Source: Callorhinchus milii (taxonomy: Eukaryota). Taken from it: a DNA stretch of 64,000 nucleotides. Position numbers and translations under genes: made by a program. The stretch lies in assembly GCF_018977255.1 (NCBI RefSeq), contig NW_024704742.1, positions 134,170,001-134,234,000 of the forward strand, written 5' to 3'. Shown piece by piece: positions 48,241-60,796 of the stretch. The first letter of the stretch is position 1; each line of letters opens with the position of its first letter. Below the pieces are notes generated by a model. The model did not search any database and had not been told where the DNA came from. It saw only the letters and a program-made list of their open reading frames with translations.

Positions 48241-50103
48241 TCGCAGATGCATTCAGTAACGGCAATCTCCTTTTATTTTTTTCTTAGGCAGGAAGAGTTA
48301 CTGTGGTTCTGATGGGGATTTATGGAACCTGACATGCCGTGGCACAGAGAATGCAGATCACAAAACACCAGCCTTTTTTTTAAACCACACCCTTCTAAAA
48401 TAAGAGGCCATTTTAGAAGCAAATGTGCATTTATGTCAACGCTATCTCATCTTCGAGACAGCTTTACTCAACAGGCCACGTTTTTCGTTTTAGCGAATTC
48501 ACCCTCTGCAAAATCCACTGCAAATCCTGAGGCACGCAGGCCAAATTGGATGTCCCCCCCCCCTCCCCAGCGCTTTGTAGGTGAAGAGATTGCTTGCTGA
48601 CTGCAAGCCTTTTTAAAGGAGAATTCAAATGCAACCAGGAGACAGGTAATATATAGAGGAGAGTCTATAAAATCCTGGGCAGGAAGATAACACTAAGTTT
48701 TACTGAACTTGAGAGAGCACAAGAATGGGAGACATGTGTGGGGGAGGGGTGGTATCAAACTGCAGACGTTTCCCAGTTTGGGCCACTGCAAGTTAACTGT
48801 TTGATGTCCAATGCAGCACTTCTAAGGCAAGGGACAAGCCTGGTGATTCGAGTCGTTCAATGCTTGAGGCAGCCCCTGCCATGCCATTTTTTCAGTCCTT
48901 TCCTGGGCCACTCAAAAGCAAAGAGTTGGTTGATGGTTGTTGGTGGCGGCTTGGCCTTCACGTGGTGCTCGCCTGACTGCCTTTGGAAGTCAAGGAGTTA
49001 TTTTGCAGCTAACCCCTTCCCCCCCACAATCCACTGAAACAGCCAAATCTGTTTTCCTCTTGTGGGATTTACGTCCCCTCCGTTCAAACTCGTTCAGCGG
49101 AAGAGAATAGTTTGGATACTGGCTTGGAGATGGAGTGGGTGGGGGTGGGGAAAGAATTCTTCTGCATGTGGAGTTAATGGGCCTCTGGACCTTTTCCACA
49201 CTTTTTTTAATGCTTCTACATTTAAGGTGCTGACTTTGCACTGATGAGACAGAGACCTTTACTATGCCTGATATCCCACCACTATCCTCTTCTCCCCCAC
49301 CCACCACACCCACCAGGGGAAGGGGGTACCTGCTCAGAACTCACTCCTGTTGCTGGCCAGTCACAGAGCGACACCAACACTGGTTTCTGAAAGCTACAGA
49401 CTGTCTGCGCTCTCCCAGCTGGGGGAGTGGGACACATCTGGTGAATGGCCTACAAGAGAGAAAGACAAATGAAAATCAAAGTTCTTTTTAATAAATGATC
49501 GCGTGATCAACAGGATCATCCTAGCTTTCGACCGAACTGAACAATCTGACCTTTGAACATTTTACAGCTTTCTTTCCCAGGCTTGTAACAAGGTAGAAAA
49601 GTAGACAGAATATTTTTTCTTTGCCCTGCCCTGGTCTGAAGTCCACTTCCCTACAGATCAATACATCAGTTTTCTTCGCCTTCTCTTCATGCATTCAAAA
49701 CCCTCTCAAAAAACCCTCTTGAATTGACCACTACTTTGGTCATCATCTGCGCACTCCCTTCTGCCTCCCACACTGCTCAGTGATCCCCAATGTGAGGGAG
49801 AAACTGCACAATTACTGATGTTCTAAACTTGCCCTTCACAACCCTGAACCTGTGTTCTTTTGTTTAGCTAACTTGGCAGGAACAAATGAACCTACTCATC
49901 TCTGCCCACTTTTTAATTGGAATTTGCTGATAAACACATTAGTAAGAGGTGACAAAAGGACAACACTGCCTGAACAATAATACTAACAATCCTTGCATTT
50001 GATATAGCAAGATTCTAAAATGAATGCTTTCAAAATAGACAAATTGAGCCCTTCAAGACTTTCATCCCAAATGAAATGCACTATGCAAATACAACTTGTT
50101 ATA

Positions 50104-50265
50104 CAGAATCATAGAATCATAGAATCGTACAGCACAAAAAGAGGCCATTCGGCCCATGGAGTCTGTGCCAGCTCTTTGAAAAGAGCCACGTAATGTCAAT
50201 CCCACTCCCCAGCCCTTTCCCCATAACCCTGCAAACCCTTCCTCCTCAAATACCATCCACCGCGT
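50104..50265 (-). mobile_element. CR1 LINE 3' end
   Basis: (AGAATCAT)n octamer tail and GAGGCCATTCGGCCC motif. Confidence 0.8.
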
Positions 50266-50679
50266 TTTTAGGAGGAAGCTTACTATACATTGTAGCATAA
50301 GGTCTCTACTCAGTGTATCTGAGCTCATGAACTTCCATTATAACTGGTACTAGGCCACACAGTCCACCTAGGTCATAAATGCAGCCTCTAATCTGTGCTG
50401 AGACCTCAACTAGAGCAACAATAGGCGAGGTACAACTGACCTCAGTGGTCTAACAGTGGGTAAAGGGCTAGGAGGTGGTCCAGTATTCCTGTTTGTCAAT
50501 CAGAAATCTTTTGCCCCTTGAAAGCTAGCATTGCACAGGCCCAATGGACCAAAGGTATGTTGATATCAGGAGAGAAATAGGTTTCACTCGATCAAAATGG
50601 GCCTCTCAGTTATAGAGTATATCCATCCCACAGATGCTTACAGTCCTCACTCGCACATCAAAAACGGCCTCTTGAGATA

Positions 50680-50910
50680 AACATTTCTTCCCACATATGT
50701 CTGTGAAAATGTGGAATGCTCTGCCCCCAAAGGCCAGTGAGGCTGAATCAATTGGAATGTTTACAAAAAATTATAGATTCTTGGGTAAAGGTATTGAAGG
50801 ATGGAGAGGAAGTCAGGCAGATAGGAGTGAAAGATCTACCATGACCTAATAAACCTGGCAGAACGGGTTTGATGGGATGAATGGCCTCCTGCTGTTCCTA
50901 CGTTCCTAAA
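50680..50910 (+). mobile_element. CR1 LINE 3' end
   Basis: WNALP motif (TGGAATGCTCTGCCC), GAATGGCCTCCTGCTGTTCCTACGTTCCTA tail. Confidence 0.75.
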
Positions 50911-51186
50911 ATAGAATCAATACCAACGGTACCAAATCAACATCGTGGCCTGCGAGATGAGAAAGGTGGAATGATAGGGAGAGAAAAAAGCACTGACCTG
51001 AAACAACTTTCAAACACTTCAGATGAAGTCATAAATACACAATAGTCTTGCATGTCTTATAGGCATTCTGTTCTAATTAAACCTCTAATGCATCTTGTGA
51101 CAGCTTAGTCATTGAGATTGCTGCTTTTACAGTCCAAAATCCAGATAGTTACATAGTGTGCGTCTAAGGATACACATTCCACTTTA

Positions 51187-51855
51187 CTAAGCCAGTCCGG
51201 AATCTTGGAGTCTTGTGTAACCCTCAACCTTTTTGCCATGACCCACTCTGACTTCCCCCACCTCCCCAACATCGCCCGGCTCCTCTATTGTCTCACACCA
51301 CAGGCCGCCGAAACCCTCATACACGCATTCATTAAATCCAGGCTCCTCCCTCCATAAGCTGCAAATCATCCAAAACTCTGCAGTCTGTGTCCTCTGCTGT
51401 ACCAGGCTCCGTGAACCTATCACCACCACTCTCGCCCGACTCCACTGGCTTCCCATCAAACAATGGACACAGTTCAAGATCCTGGTCCTCACCTTCAAAG
51501 CCCTCCATGGCCTCCCTACCCCCTACCTCTGCGACCTCCTAAGTCCCTTCGCTCAGCGGCCTCTGGCCTGCTTTACTTCCCCCGCCTCGCAAGTCCCACC
51601 ATTGGCGGGTGGGCCTTCAGCCACTCTGCCCCCACCCACTGGAACTCCATCCTGCAAGTCCCTCCACCTCACCCCCTCCCTTGCCTCCTTCAAGACCCAT
51701 TTCAAGACCCTCCTCTTCGACTGTGCTTTCGATCACCCTCTTTCCCCCCCGTCCTCCACCCTCCCCAATCCCGACCCCCAGCTCGGGTCTAAAACAATGA
51801 CTGTCCAGCGCCTTGGGACACCCTCCTGACATGAAAGTCGCTATACAAATGTAAT
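51187..51855 (+). mobile_element. L2 LINE fragment
   Basis: LQIIQNSAVCVL, TIGGWAFSHSAPTHWNSI and FKTLLFDCAF; tail interrupted by a SINE. Confidence 0.87.
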
Positions 51856-51861
51856 ATATAT

Positions 51862-52168
51862 GGAGTCCTGTAGCTCAGTGGTTAGAGCATTCGCTTTGCA
51901 AGCGAGAGATCTGGGTTCGATTCCCGGCAGAGTGAAACCTTGGTCAAGTTTCCTTACTCCACACGCCTAATAATCACCCCCCACCAAAAAAAAATAATAA
52001 ATTGATCACTTCAATCCACGGCTGTTTGTGGGACACTGCTGTGCACAATTGGCTGCTGCATTTCGCCACAAATAGACAGTCAATTCACTTTACAGTCTAT
52101 TCTGTGAAGGGCTAGAAGCTAGTCTAGAAGGCGTGAAAAGCGCTATATCAAATGCAAGGATTATTATT
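51862..52168 (+). mobile_element. tRNA-derived SINE, short subfamily, full length
   Basis: Intact A box TAGCTCAGTGG and B box GGTTCGATTCC; TGC anticodon-like loop. Confidence 0.88.
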
Positions 52169-52217
52169 TTATTGTTATTAATTTTGTTGTTGTTACAACT
52201 ACTAAGCTACCTGATGT

Positions 52218-52575
52218 GGAGTCCAGTATATTAGTAGTTAGAGCACTCGTCTCACAACTGAGAGGACCTGGGTTCATTTCCCAGGTAAGCCAAAATGGCA
52301 AAACGTTAGGCAACTTTCCTTACTCCACCCACATGCCTCTGTTCACCTAGCAATAAGTAGGAACCGGGTTATAAGTCAATTGGCGGATCGACTTTTCAGA
52401 GGTAATATCCCTTAAAAAAATATTTGGCCACTCAAATCACAGCTGTTTGTTGAACACTGCTATGCACAACAGGCTGCCGCGTTTCACCCACAAAATATAG
52501 TCAATTCACTTTGCGGTGAAGCACTTCGAGACGTCTCAAAGACGTGATAGAGTGCAAAGTTTTTATTATTATTAT
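52218..52575 (+). mobile_element. tRNA-derived SINE, long subfamily
   Basis: CTGTTCACCTAGCAATAAGTAGGAACC segment and tail. Confidence 0.8.
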
Positions 52576-52899
52576 GATTATTTTTATTTTTAATTCTCAC
52601 TGTCTGACTGCAGATTAATTGAAACATACAAACGGGTACCCAGATTGGCACACGCTTGCAGAATAAATACCACATATAGGAGGATATAATTACTCACAAT
52701 AGCATTCCTCTGAGCTAATGGAAACATAAAATACCAGCCACACGTTGTTTATGCAGGTTTTAACCATTTGCCCCCTGCATGAAGGTACTATATAAATTCA
52801 AGTTGTTGTTGTTATTAGCATATTGAACACACTCTCTCTCCCTCCTCTTCTGCGCTGTCTCCAGTAGCCCACGGCTGAGCGCTCGCTCCCGGTCTCTGT

Positions 52900-53260
52900 G
52901 TGCGCGGTTTGGCTACTGCCCCGACCCACTCCCTCTGAAAATGTTCCTGCTCCTATCTCCCACACTTCGCTACTCCCACTACGTCCTCTTATTTGTCCCT
53001 TGCACCCTCCACTCCACCATTGGAGATTGCGCTTTCAGCCACCAGGCCCCAAAACTGTAGAACGCTCTCCGTCAATCCCTCCGCCTTGCCCCCTCTCTCC
53101 CCTTTTTCAAGTCCCACCTGAAAACCTTCATTTTTGACTGTGCTTGCGGTCACCTCCCCACCCCCACCCACCCGGCTCGGTGTCAGGTTCCGCAACTGTT
53201 AAGCGCTCTGAGACGCTCTCCTGCTATATAATTGAAAGGAGCTATATAATTGTTGTTGTT
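52900..53260 (+). mobile_element. L2 LINE 3' fragment, second tail type
   Basis: KSHLKTFIFDCA terminus; GGCTCGG..ACTGTTAAGCGCTCTGAGACGC tail; (GTT)n. Confidence 0.72.
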
Positions 53261-53679
53261 GTATTGACACCAAGGTTCTACAAGGACAAAATCACATGCA
53301 TCAGCCTGGCTAAGTCAGCACACTCACCTCTGAGTCATAACGCTGTGGGTTCAATAATAATAATTCTTGTATTTTGATGAGCGCCTCACTTTGGGATTTT
53401 GAAGTCTTATACAAGAACATCGACCATTTACATTGCACCCTTCATGTTGGATAACGTCTTGGAGCACTTTAGGGAAGGGAGAGGTCACCATAGGTGAAGA
53501 GGTAGGTTTTGATATAGGACTTGAAAACAGAGAGATGGAGGGGTAGGTAGAGGGAGTTCCTGAGGTTACTGCCATAGGATATAATCTCGACTAACATTCC
53601 AATGCAGTACTGGGGGTGTGCGGTATTGTTGGAGGTGCCGTCCTTCGGTTCAGATGTTAAACTGTGATCCGATATGTGT

Positions 53680-53827
53680 AATGGGATCTTAAACCTCCAC
53701 CTGGATAGGCAGACAGAACCTCGTGCATGATTTAGTAATCTTTCCTTGTTGAATAGTGCAATGGGATCTTTAACCTCCACCTGGACAGGCAGACAGAGCT
53801 TCGTGCATGATTTAGTAATCTTTCCTT
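53680..53827. repeat. 80-bp tandem duplication of an inverted Deu-like segment
   Basis: AATGGGATCTT.AACCTCCACCTGGA.AGGCAGACAGA..TCGTGCATGATTTAGTAATCTTTCCTT at 53680 and 53760. Confidence 0.9.
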
Positions 53828-54429
53828 TTGATATTATTATTATTATATGCCGTCTCGAAGCAAAGGTGAACAAGGTCTCTTTGTGGATGAGCTGGCTCTA
53901 TGTTGAAACGTCTGTTGAAAGGGAAGTGGAATAACTTTGAAGTGGACTGAATGTTCCAGTACTTCATTCAGGAGGTCAACAGTGCTCCAGGACAATGTTA
54001 ATGATTAACCAGTTTGCCTGGCTTAGTAACAGGTCTTGGGGGATGTAAAGATTTCACTAGGGATAACAGGATTCTTCTCACTCAGCTCTTGATAACACTG
54101 TTACCTAAGAGTACAAAAGCTGTTTTTTTCCAATTTAATAATAATAATCCTTGCATTTGATATAGCTTTTTTCATGTCGTCTAGATGTCTCAAAGCGCTT
54201 TACAGAATATACTGTAAAGTGAATTGACCGTATATTTGCGGGTGAAATATTTAATATTTAAATAGTGCATTTCAGGATCTGCCAAGTGCTAGACAGTCCA
54301 GGGTTTGCACCCAAGCTGGGGGTCGTGGCCAAGGGGGTAATACTCTCTAGAATTAGGCACGCAGGGTGCATCCCTCCAGGGAGAGAGCGCGTATCTATTT
54401 CAGACACTGGGAAATTTCCATGAGTAGGT

Positions 54430-54621
54430 ACATAGATACATAGACATAAAAACAGGAGTATTTTATAAGATCATTGCTGATCTATACCTCAAGTCCAGTG
54501 CCCCATTCTTGCCCCATATCCCTTAATACCCTGACCTAACAAATATTTATCTACCTCCATCTTGAAAATGTGAATGGATGCAGCATGCACAGCCTTTTGG
54601 GGGAGAGAGTTCCAGATTTCC
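54430..54621 (-). mobile_element. CR1 LINE 3' end
   Basis: IWNSLPQKAVHAASIHIFKMEVDKYLLGQGIKGYG. Confidence 0.8.
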
Positions 54622-55152
54622 AACAACAACAACAAGATTACATTTGTATAGTGCCTTTTACATCGGGACGATGTCCCAAGGTGCTGGACAGAGTACAGCA
54701 TTTCAGACCCAATCTGGGGTCAGGTGGGGGAAAGGGAGGGGAGGGGAAGGGGGGTGGCCGATGGCATGGTCGAAGAGGAGGGTCTGGAGGGGGGACTTGA
54801 AGGAGGCTAAGGAGGGGGCGAGGCGGAGTGACTGGGGGATGGAATTCCAGAGGTTGGGGGCGGAGTGGCTGAAGGCTCTCTGCCAATGGTGGGGCGGGTG
54901 GGTCAGGGGATGTGGAGCAGGCCATAGCCGACTGAGTGGAGGGAACGGGGGGTTAGGAGGTCACAGAGGTAGAGTGGGGCGAGGCCATGGAGGGCTTTGT
55001 ATGTGAGGACCAGGATCTTGAACTGGATCCTCTGAAGGATAGGGAGCCAGTGGAGTCAGGCAAGAATGGGGGAAATGCGGTCACAGAGTTTGTTGCGGGA
55101 GAGGACACGGGTTGCAGAGTTCTGAATGATCTGCAGCCTGTGGAGGGAGGAG
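54622..55152 (-). mobile_element. L2 LINE fragment
   Basis: (AAC)n tail, 3'UTR and ORF2 C-terminal region. Confidence 0.85.
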
Positions 55153-55811
55153 TTTCACCTTTGGGTGAAAAACTGTTCCTAGTTTCACTCGCAAATGGCC
55201 TTAATGGTGGTTTGCATATGCGCAATACGTACTCTGGTTTGGGTACTCTCATGCGGCGTGCTGTTTTACAGTCGGAAGACACATATTTGCTCCTCGGCTC
55301 TGCAAAATCCAAAGCTACGCTAAATCAAAATGAATATGCCCTGCTTTGTCCTTAATTCAACCCTCCGTGACAGAGAGAATTGGCTTGCTTGACCAGTCCT
55401 CTACAAAGTTATCACCAGAGAAATCACAAAACTCACTGGTATGTCTGCTGGACATTCAGGTTTCCCACAGAAATGCAAGAAACGCTGCAGCTGTAACTCA
55501 GTAAGCTGTTACCAATCTAAAACGTCAGCATTAAATACCAGGCAAATGCCAGCAGGAAAGATTAGAATCCGTCTATGGGACTCATTCCCAACTGTCGTCA
55601 CCTACAACTCTTCCTGCATTCATATACAGAGCTAATCAGGACTTGCAGAAGCATAGATTACCTAATGCAAAATGTATGACTTCTCTTCAAGCCTTTTCAG
55701 CAATTCTGGGTCAGTGGTTACATCCATCACCCAGGCCTTGCCAGGCTCCACTGGCCATCTGGTTCCCTATGGATCCACTTCAAAGTGCTCACTAAGATGT
55801 ATATAACATCG

Positions 55812-55925
55812 TGGTAGCGTAGTGGTTAGCGCACTCGCAAGTCAGAGGGCCTGGGTTCGTTTCCCAGGCGGGGTGAAACCTTCGGCAAGATTCCTTACTC
55901 CACACGCCTGTTTATCTAGCAGTAT
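55812..55925 (+). mobile_element. SINE head fragment, long subfamily
   Basis: GTAGCGTAGTGGTTAGCGCACTCGC..GGGTTCGTTTCCC..CTCCACACGCCTG. Confidence 0.75.
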
Positions 55926-57149
55926 GTAGTGACATTATAAGCAAACTTAGCAGTTAATGTGTGCACAGAATAGTCCCATAAATAGCCATGGGGAAATGTT
56001 AAACAGGTTATCGGGAGAAACAATTATTTTTGCAAATACAACAACAACAACTTGCATTTATTTAATACCCTTCATACATGATAGCGCCTCAGAGCGCTGC
56101 ACATTCTGGCTGTTCAGATGGCTGTTAAAAATCTAACAACACTATTTAAAAAGAGAAGGCAGTTTCTCTGGGTATCCTGGCCAACAATCTCCCAGATAAA
56201 ATTGGGCATTCATGGCTATTATTGGCTGCATTCAACTACAAATACAATTACTGCATTATATTTAGTAAAAAAAAGCCTTATCACATTGAAAGAAACTCTG
56301 GGCTATTTCAACGAGATAAGGCGATATAAGAATATTCTTTGTATTTGATGTAATGAAGACACATAACACATGCAATGCATTAAGGCAAGTAATAAAATCA
56401 GTAAATGTTATCACATACAGATCCCTTAATTTAGTTTTTTTTTGTCTAACTACAAACTATTCGACTTTCCCAAGAACCTCCTCTACAATTTTAGTAATTT
56501 CAAAATAAAAAAAACTCCAAGTAAGAATTAGAAAAGACAATTGAAGTACCCTCTGAGACGTTTTTTTTCAAGGCAGAAAACACAAGGTTATCTAGTCGAT
56601 ACTCAGCATTGCTCAAACATTTGAATCAGCTTCTTAGCTCTTCCCTGAATACCTTGCTTATGTTCCAGTCACGAGTATTGTACACACTACGCCAGATGTG
56701 ACCTGATCATTGTAGTGTACAACTTGAACATGACTTCTGGAATTGGAATCAAACTGATTTGGCAATGTAGCCAATTTGTCTTATTTACCTCACAATGTTT
56801 GGACATGGTGAGCAGTGAGTCAACTTTCATTCCTGGCAAGTTCCATCCTGTCCATGGAGCACATGTGCCTTTTATTGTTACTTATTATACGCAGTTATTG
56901 GTTTTAAACTTCAGTTGTTAGCCTCTGGGTTCAATGCTCCATTTTCTGGCCTCCACGGCTCCCTCCACAAACATGTACACAATTACCTACACATTACAGT
57001 AAAATTCCGTGAAACGCTTTAAGATGTCTCGCTGATGTGGTAAGGCGCTACAGCAAATGCTAGGATTATCATCCAAAACTGCACATTCCTTTCCTGTACT
57101 AGACTCTGCGAGTCAACTACCCCAGGGTTACACTGGTTCCCTATCCAAA

Positions 57150-57545
57150 AACAACAAACAACAACAAAATTACATTTATAGAGCACCTTTCACTTCGGAA
57201 GGCCATCCCAAAGCACTGAACAGTCAGGTGTCAGTCCCCAAGCATGGGGTGTAGGGGTGAGGGAAGGCAGCGAGGTGGGAGGGCGACCGAAGGCACAATC
57301 GAAGAGAAGGGTCTTGAGACCGGCCTTGAAGGAGGCAAGGGAGGAAGCGAGGCGAAGGGACCATGGGATGGAGTTCCAGAGTGTGAGGGCAGAGAGGCTG
57401 AAAGCCCGGCCACCAATAGTAGGGCGGGTCGGGCGGGAGACATGGAGCAGACCAGAGCCTGCCGAACGGAGGGAGCGAGCAATTGGTAGGGAGTCAGCAG
57501 GTCAGAGAGGTAGGAGGGGGCAAGGCCGTGGATGGCCTTGAAAGT
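57150..57545 (-). mobile_element. L2 LINE 3' fragment
   Basis: Same tail and ORF2 terminus as the other L2 copies. Confidence 0.85.
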
Positions 57546-57597
57546 GAAATTCCCCAGTGGTTGACTTTTAAGGTTCTCATCTTCAATTTAAATGTCT

Positions 57598-58325
57598 CAA
57601 CAACAACAAATTACATTTGTATAGCACCTTTCACGTCGGGAGGACTGACACTGGACAGTCAGGGATTTTGACCCAATTAGGGGGTTAGGATCAGGAGGCA
57701 TGGAGAGCAGGGAGAGTAGGGGCATGCGGATGGCCAACGGTACGGTCGAAGAGGAGAGTCTTGAGATATGCCTTGAAGGGAGGGAGCGAGGTGAAGGGAC
57801 TATGGGATGGGAGTTTGGGGGGGGCACAGAGACTAAAGGCCCGACTGTGGGCAAGGCGCGGGACGTGGAGCAGGCCGGAAAAGAGCGGAGGGAGCGGACA
57901 GGTTGATATGGAGTTAGCAGGTCACAGAGAAGGAGCAAGTCCTTGAAGGGCTTTGAAGGTGAGCACAGCGATTTTGAACTCTGTCCTCTGGGGGATGGGG
58001 AGCCAGTGGAGCCGGGTGAGGATGAGGTTGATAGGTTCACGGAGCGTGGTGCGGGAGAGGACACAAGCTGCTGAGTTCTGGATGATCTGCAGCTTGTAGA
58101 GGGAAGAGTTGGTTGGGAAGGCCGACAAACATGGAGTTGGTAGTCTAGCCTTGATGTTATGAATGCGTGTATGAGGGTTTCGGCAGCCTGCGGTGTGAGT
58201 CAGTGACGGAGCTAGGCGATGTTGCGGAAATGGGGGAAGGCAGAGCGGGTCATGGCACAGATGTGGAATAGAAAGGACAGTTGAGGGTCAAACAAGACGC
58301 CAAAATTACAGACTAGCTCACTGAG
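57598..58325 (-). mobile_element. L2 LINE fragment
   Basis: SLYKLQIIQNSAACVLSRTTLREPINLILTRLHWLPIPQRTEFKIAVLTFKALQGLAPS. Confidence 0.88.
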
Positions 58326-60264
58326 CTTCAGAACCCTTACAACCCCTTCCGCTGCTCAATGACAGCACTCCTATCAACTCTGACCTGCTCCATGTGCCTC
58401 GCCCCCTCCACCCACCATCAGTGTTGTTTGTAAGCAAACACAGTAAACCGCACTCTTCTTCTTAAATTCCTCTGCTTTGCAAACTTCCCCTCTGTTTCGA
58501 GCCCTTCTTAAAAATCCCACAGAAAACCAGCTTAATTTCAAGATGGCAATGAATAATTTTAAACTGGGCAGCTCTGAAGTGCTAAAAAAAAACAGTGCAA
58601 GTCTCGACAAGATTAAATGTCTCTCCCCTCCCCCACCAACCGTTCTGTATGGAGCTTCATCCTATTAAATGCTGCAATGACCCAGCAAGGCACGGGGAGG
58701 AGGCAGGGGACTTTAGACCCTCACCCAAAGGCATAATGTGAAAAAGCTTTTTGTCGCACAGAACGATCACTGGTGTTCAAAGGGTTAATGCGTGGTGGGT
58801 ACTGTCGAGCTGCCCTAATGAAGACAAAGAAAATTCAACCCTGCCCAAATTAACCTTCAATCTTAGTTCACTTGCAGAACACAATACTAACTGCTCCTTC
58901 TCTCCCCCACTAATGAAAGATACATTTATGAATGGTTTCTCCAGCTCAGTCTGAAAGTTGACTCTTTTGTTATGTAAGCAGCTGTTCTTGCTGGGGGAGG
59001 GGCAGCCCATCTCACATTCAATCAGCTCTAATATTTGGGGTAAGGAATCAGTTATTGTACAGTACTACACAATTAAAGGTCCTTACCAGCATCACAGAGG
59101 AGTGAACAGCACTGTAACAGCACGCATGGGGTTAGTTCTTTTTTGAAACAAGAAGGGCTGATCCCTGAACAGAGATCAGGCAATCTGAGCGGCCAGCTTC
59201 ATAGCTTTCAGCCATCACAGCATTCGTGCACGTCACATCCCTGTAACACTGTACAGCACCGCTCCTTCCAGCTCCCGGCAGCCTTCAGGGAACATACTGC
59301 AAGAGAAACATTTCTTCATATAAAGGTGGTTGACACGTAAACAAACCAAAGGCACAACAACCAGTTGAAAATACCTTGGAATGCTGCTCATTTCACTTTC
59401 ATTTTCAGTGGGTGAATTATCAGGATTTATCAGAGAGGGTAAAGGTTGAGTACAGTCCTTTAAATCTACCTTGAAAAGGAGTCCAACCCAATCCGTGTCT
59501 TGGTAAGTTTTCATTTGGGGTTAACTTAAAGGCCGCTGCTTGTACACAGCTCACCAGTCTGAAATGTGCTCATACCTTTAAGGCAAAGCAGCTGAGCAGT
59601 AAAGTGCTGCTCAAATCAGTGCATAAGCTGCCCTCACTCCCTCCCCCAGTTCATAGGTCTTTAAAAAAATCCAAGCAATGACCCAGTTATAAATATCCGA
59701 GCAATGATCCAAGTTACGAAACATGTTATTGCTACCTCTCCTCATTTACAATAACCAGAAACAACATTCAAACCTTGTTCTTCTGGAGTGCAGCAAGCTT
59801 GCTGCAGTCTGCATATTACGTTGTGATAAGATTATTTTAGGTAGTAAGGGGTAAGGAAAACGGTGGAGAAATGGGATTAAACGATCTGGTATGATCTAAT
59901 AAACTGGTGGTGTGGCGGGGGAGTGAGCTGAATGGCTGAATGGGATGTAAAATGAGGCCTAGTAATGAGGTGCTTGTGTGCATGTCTGGGTGTGCTTGTC
60001 TAGTGACCTGTTATGGCAATGACCAGTTTTAGCAAAGGAACTACAAGTTACAAACTGCTACAGTAGGAGAATGATACCTCACCTCCACTTCACTACTCCC
60101 CTCAGGAAGGCCCTTCATGTCGGTACTACTCCACTCAGGAAAGATTCCTTACTGTGAGCGCCCCCAAAGTTTGATATCATGAGCGAATATAAACACAGTG
60201 CTTTTCAGAGATGACAAACAACAACGCCTTTCACGACGGGAGGACACTAGGCAAGGGAGCTCAC

Positions 60265-60478
60265 CTCAATCCCTGCCTTGCCTCCTTCAACGTTGTCTAA
60301 AACCCTCCTCTTCGACCTCGCATTCAGTCACCCTCATACCTCTACTCTCCCTGCCCTCCACCCCTTCTGATCCCAACCCCCAGCTCAGGTCCAAATCCCT
60401 GACTCTGCAAGCGCCTTGATTACGTCCTCCTGACGTGAAAGGCGCTCTACAAATGTAATTTGTTTTTGTTGTTGTTGA
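60265..60478 (+). mobile_element. L2 LINE 3' fragment
   Basis: KTLLFDLAF terminus, tail hairpin and (GTT)n. Confidence 0.78.
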
Positions 60479-60631
60479 TGCAGCCCTCGTGTGTACTAAC
60501 CTTTGCTTCCTTAGAGTGGGACAATTTTTAACAGCAGGAGCTGCTCAGCTTCCTTGTCTTCTGACCTTGTGTATCAATGTGTCAAAAGCTTTGCTGAAAT
60601 CTAAATATAGAACATCTTCCTTGTACACCAG

Positions 60632-60796
60632 AGGCTCCAAATCTCTCACAGTCTTAGCCTTAAGCAGTCCTTAAAAAGAGACGTGGAAAACTAGCCTCAA
60701 AATTAAGGCCAAATTTAAGAATTTCCTAAAAGTTCGCAATATCTTACATTTTAAGACAATGGTCTCAATGTTGAGAATGACAGAAATTTCAGACCT
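60632..60796. mobile_element. old AT-rich MITE-like repeat (related copy in reverse at about 40255-40435)
   Basis: AAATTAAGGCCAAATTTAAGAATTT is the reverse complement, with one mismatch, of AAATTCTTAAATTTGGTCTTAATTT at about 40317; imperfect terminal IRs AGGCTCCAAATCTC and GAAATTTCAGACCT. Confidence 0.5.

Larger units (their letters stand above)
46950..48260. promoter_or_regulatory. CpG-enriched promoter-like region
   Basis: Clustered CpGs (e.g. GCGGCGCGCGAGATGGCGACCG near 47947-47968, with a YY1-like AGATGGCG), GA/CT microsatellites and no SINE/LINE, upstream of the first coding exon. Confidence 0.55.

Noticed and set aside
51862..51935. tRNA-Ala(TGC)-like gene
   Set aside because: A/B boxes and an anticodon arm are present, but the acceptor stem does not pair fully and the sequence runs into a SINE body. 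It is a SINE head, like the other copies.
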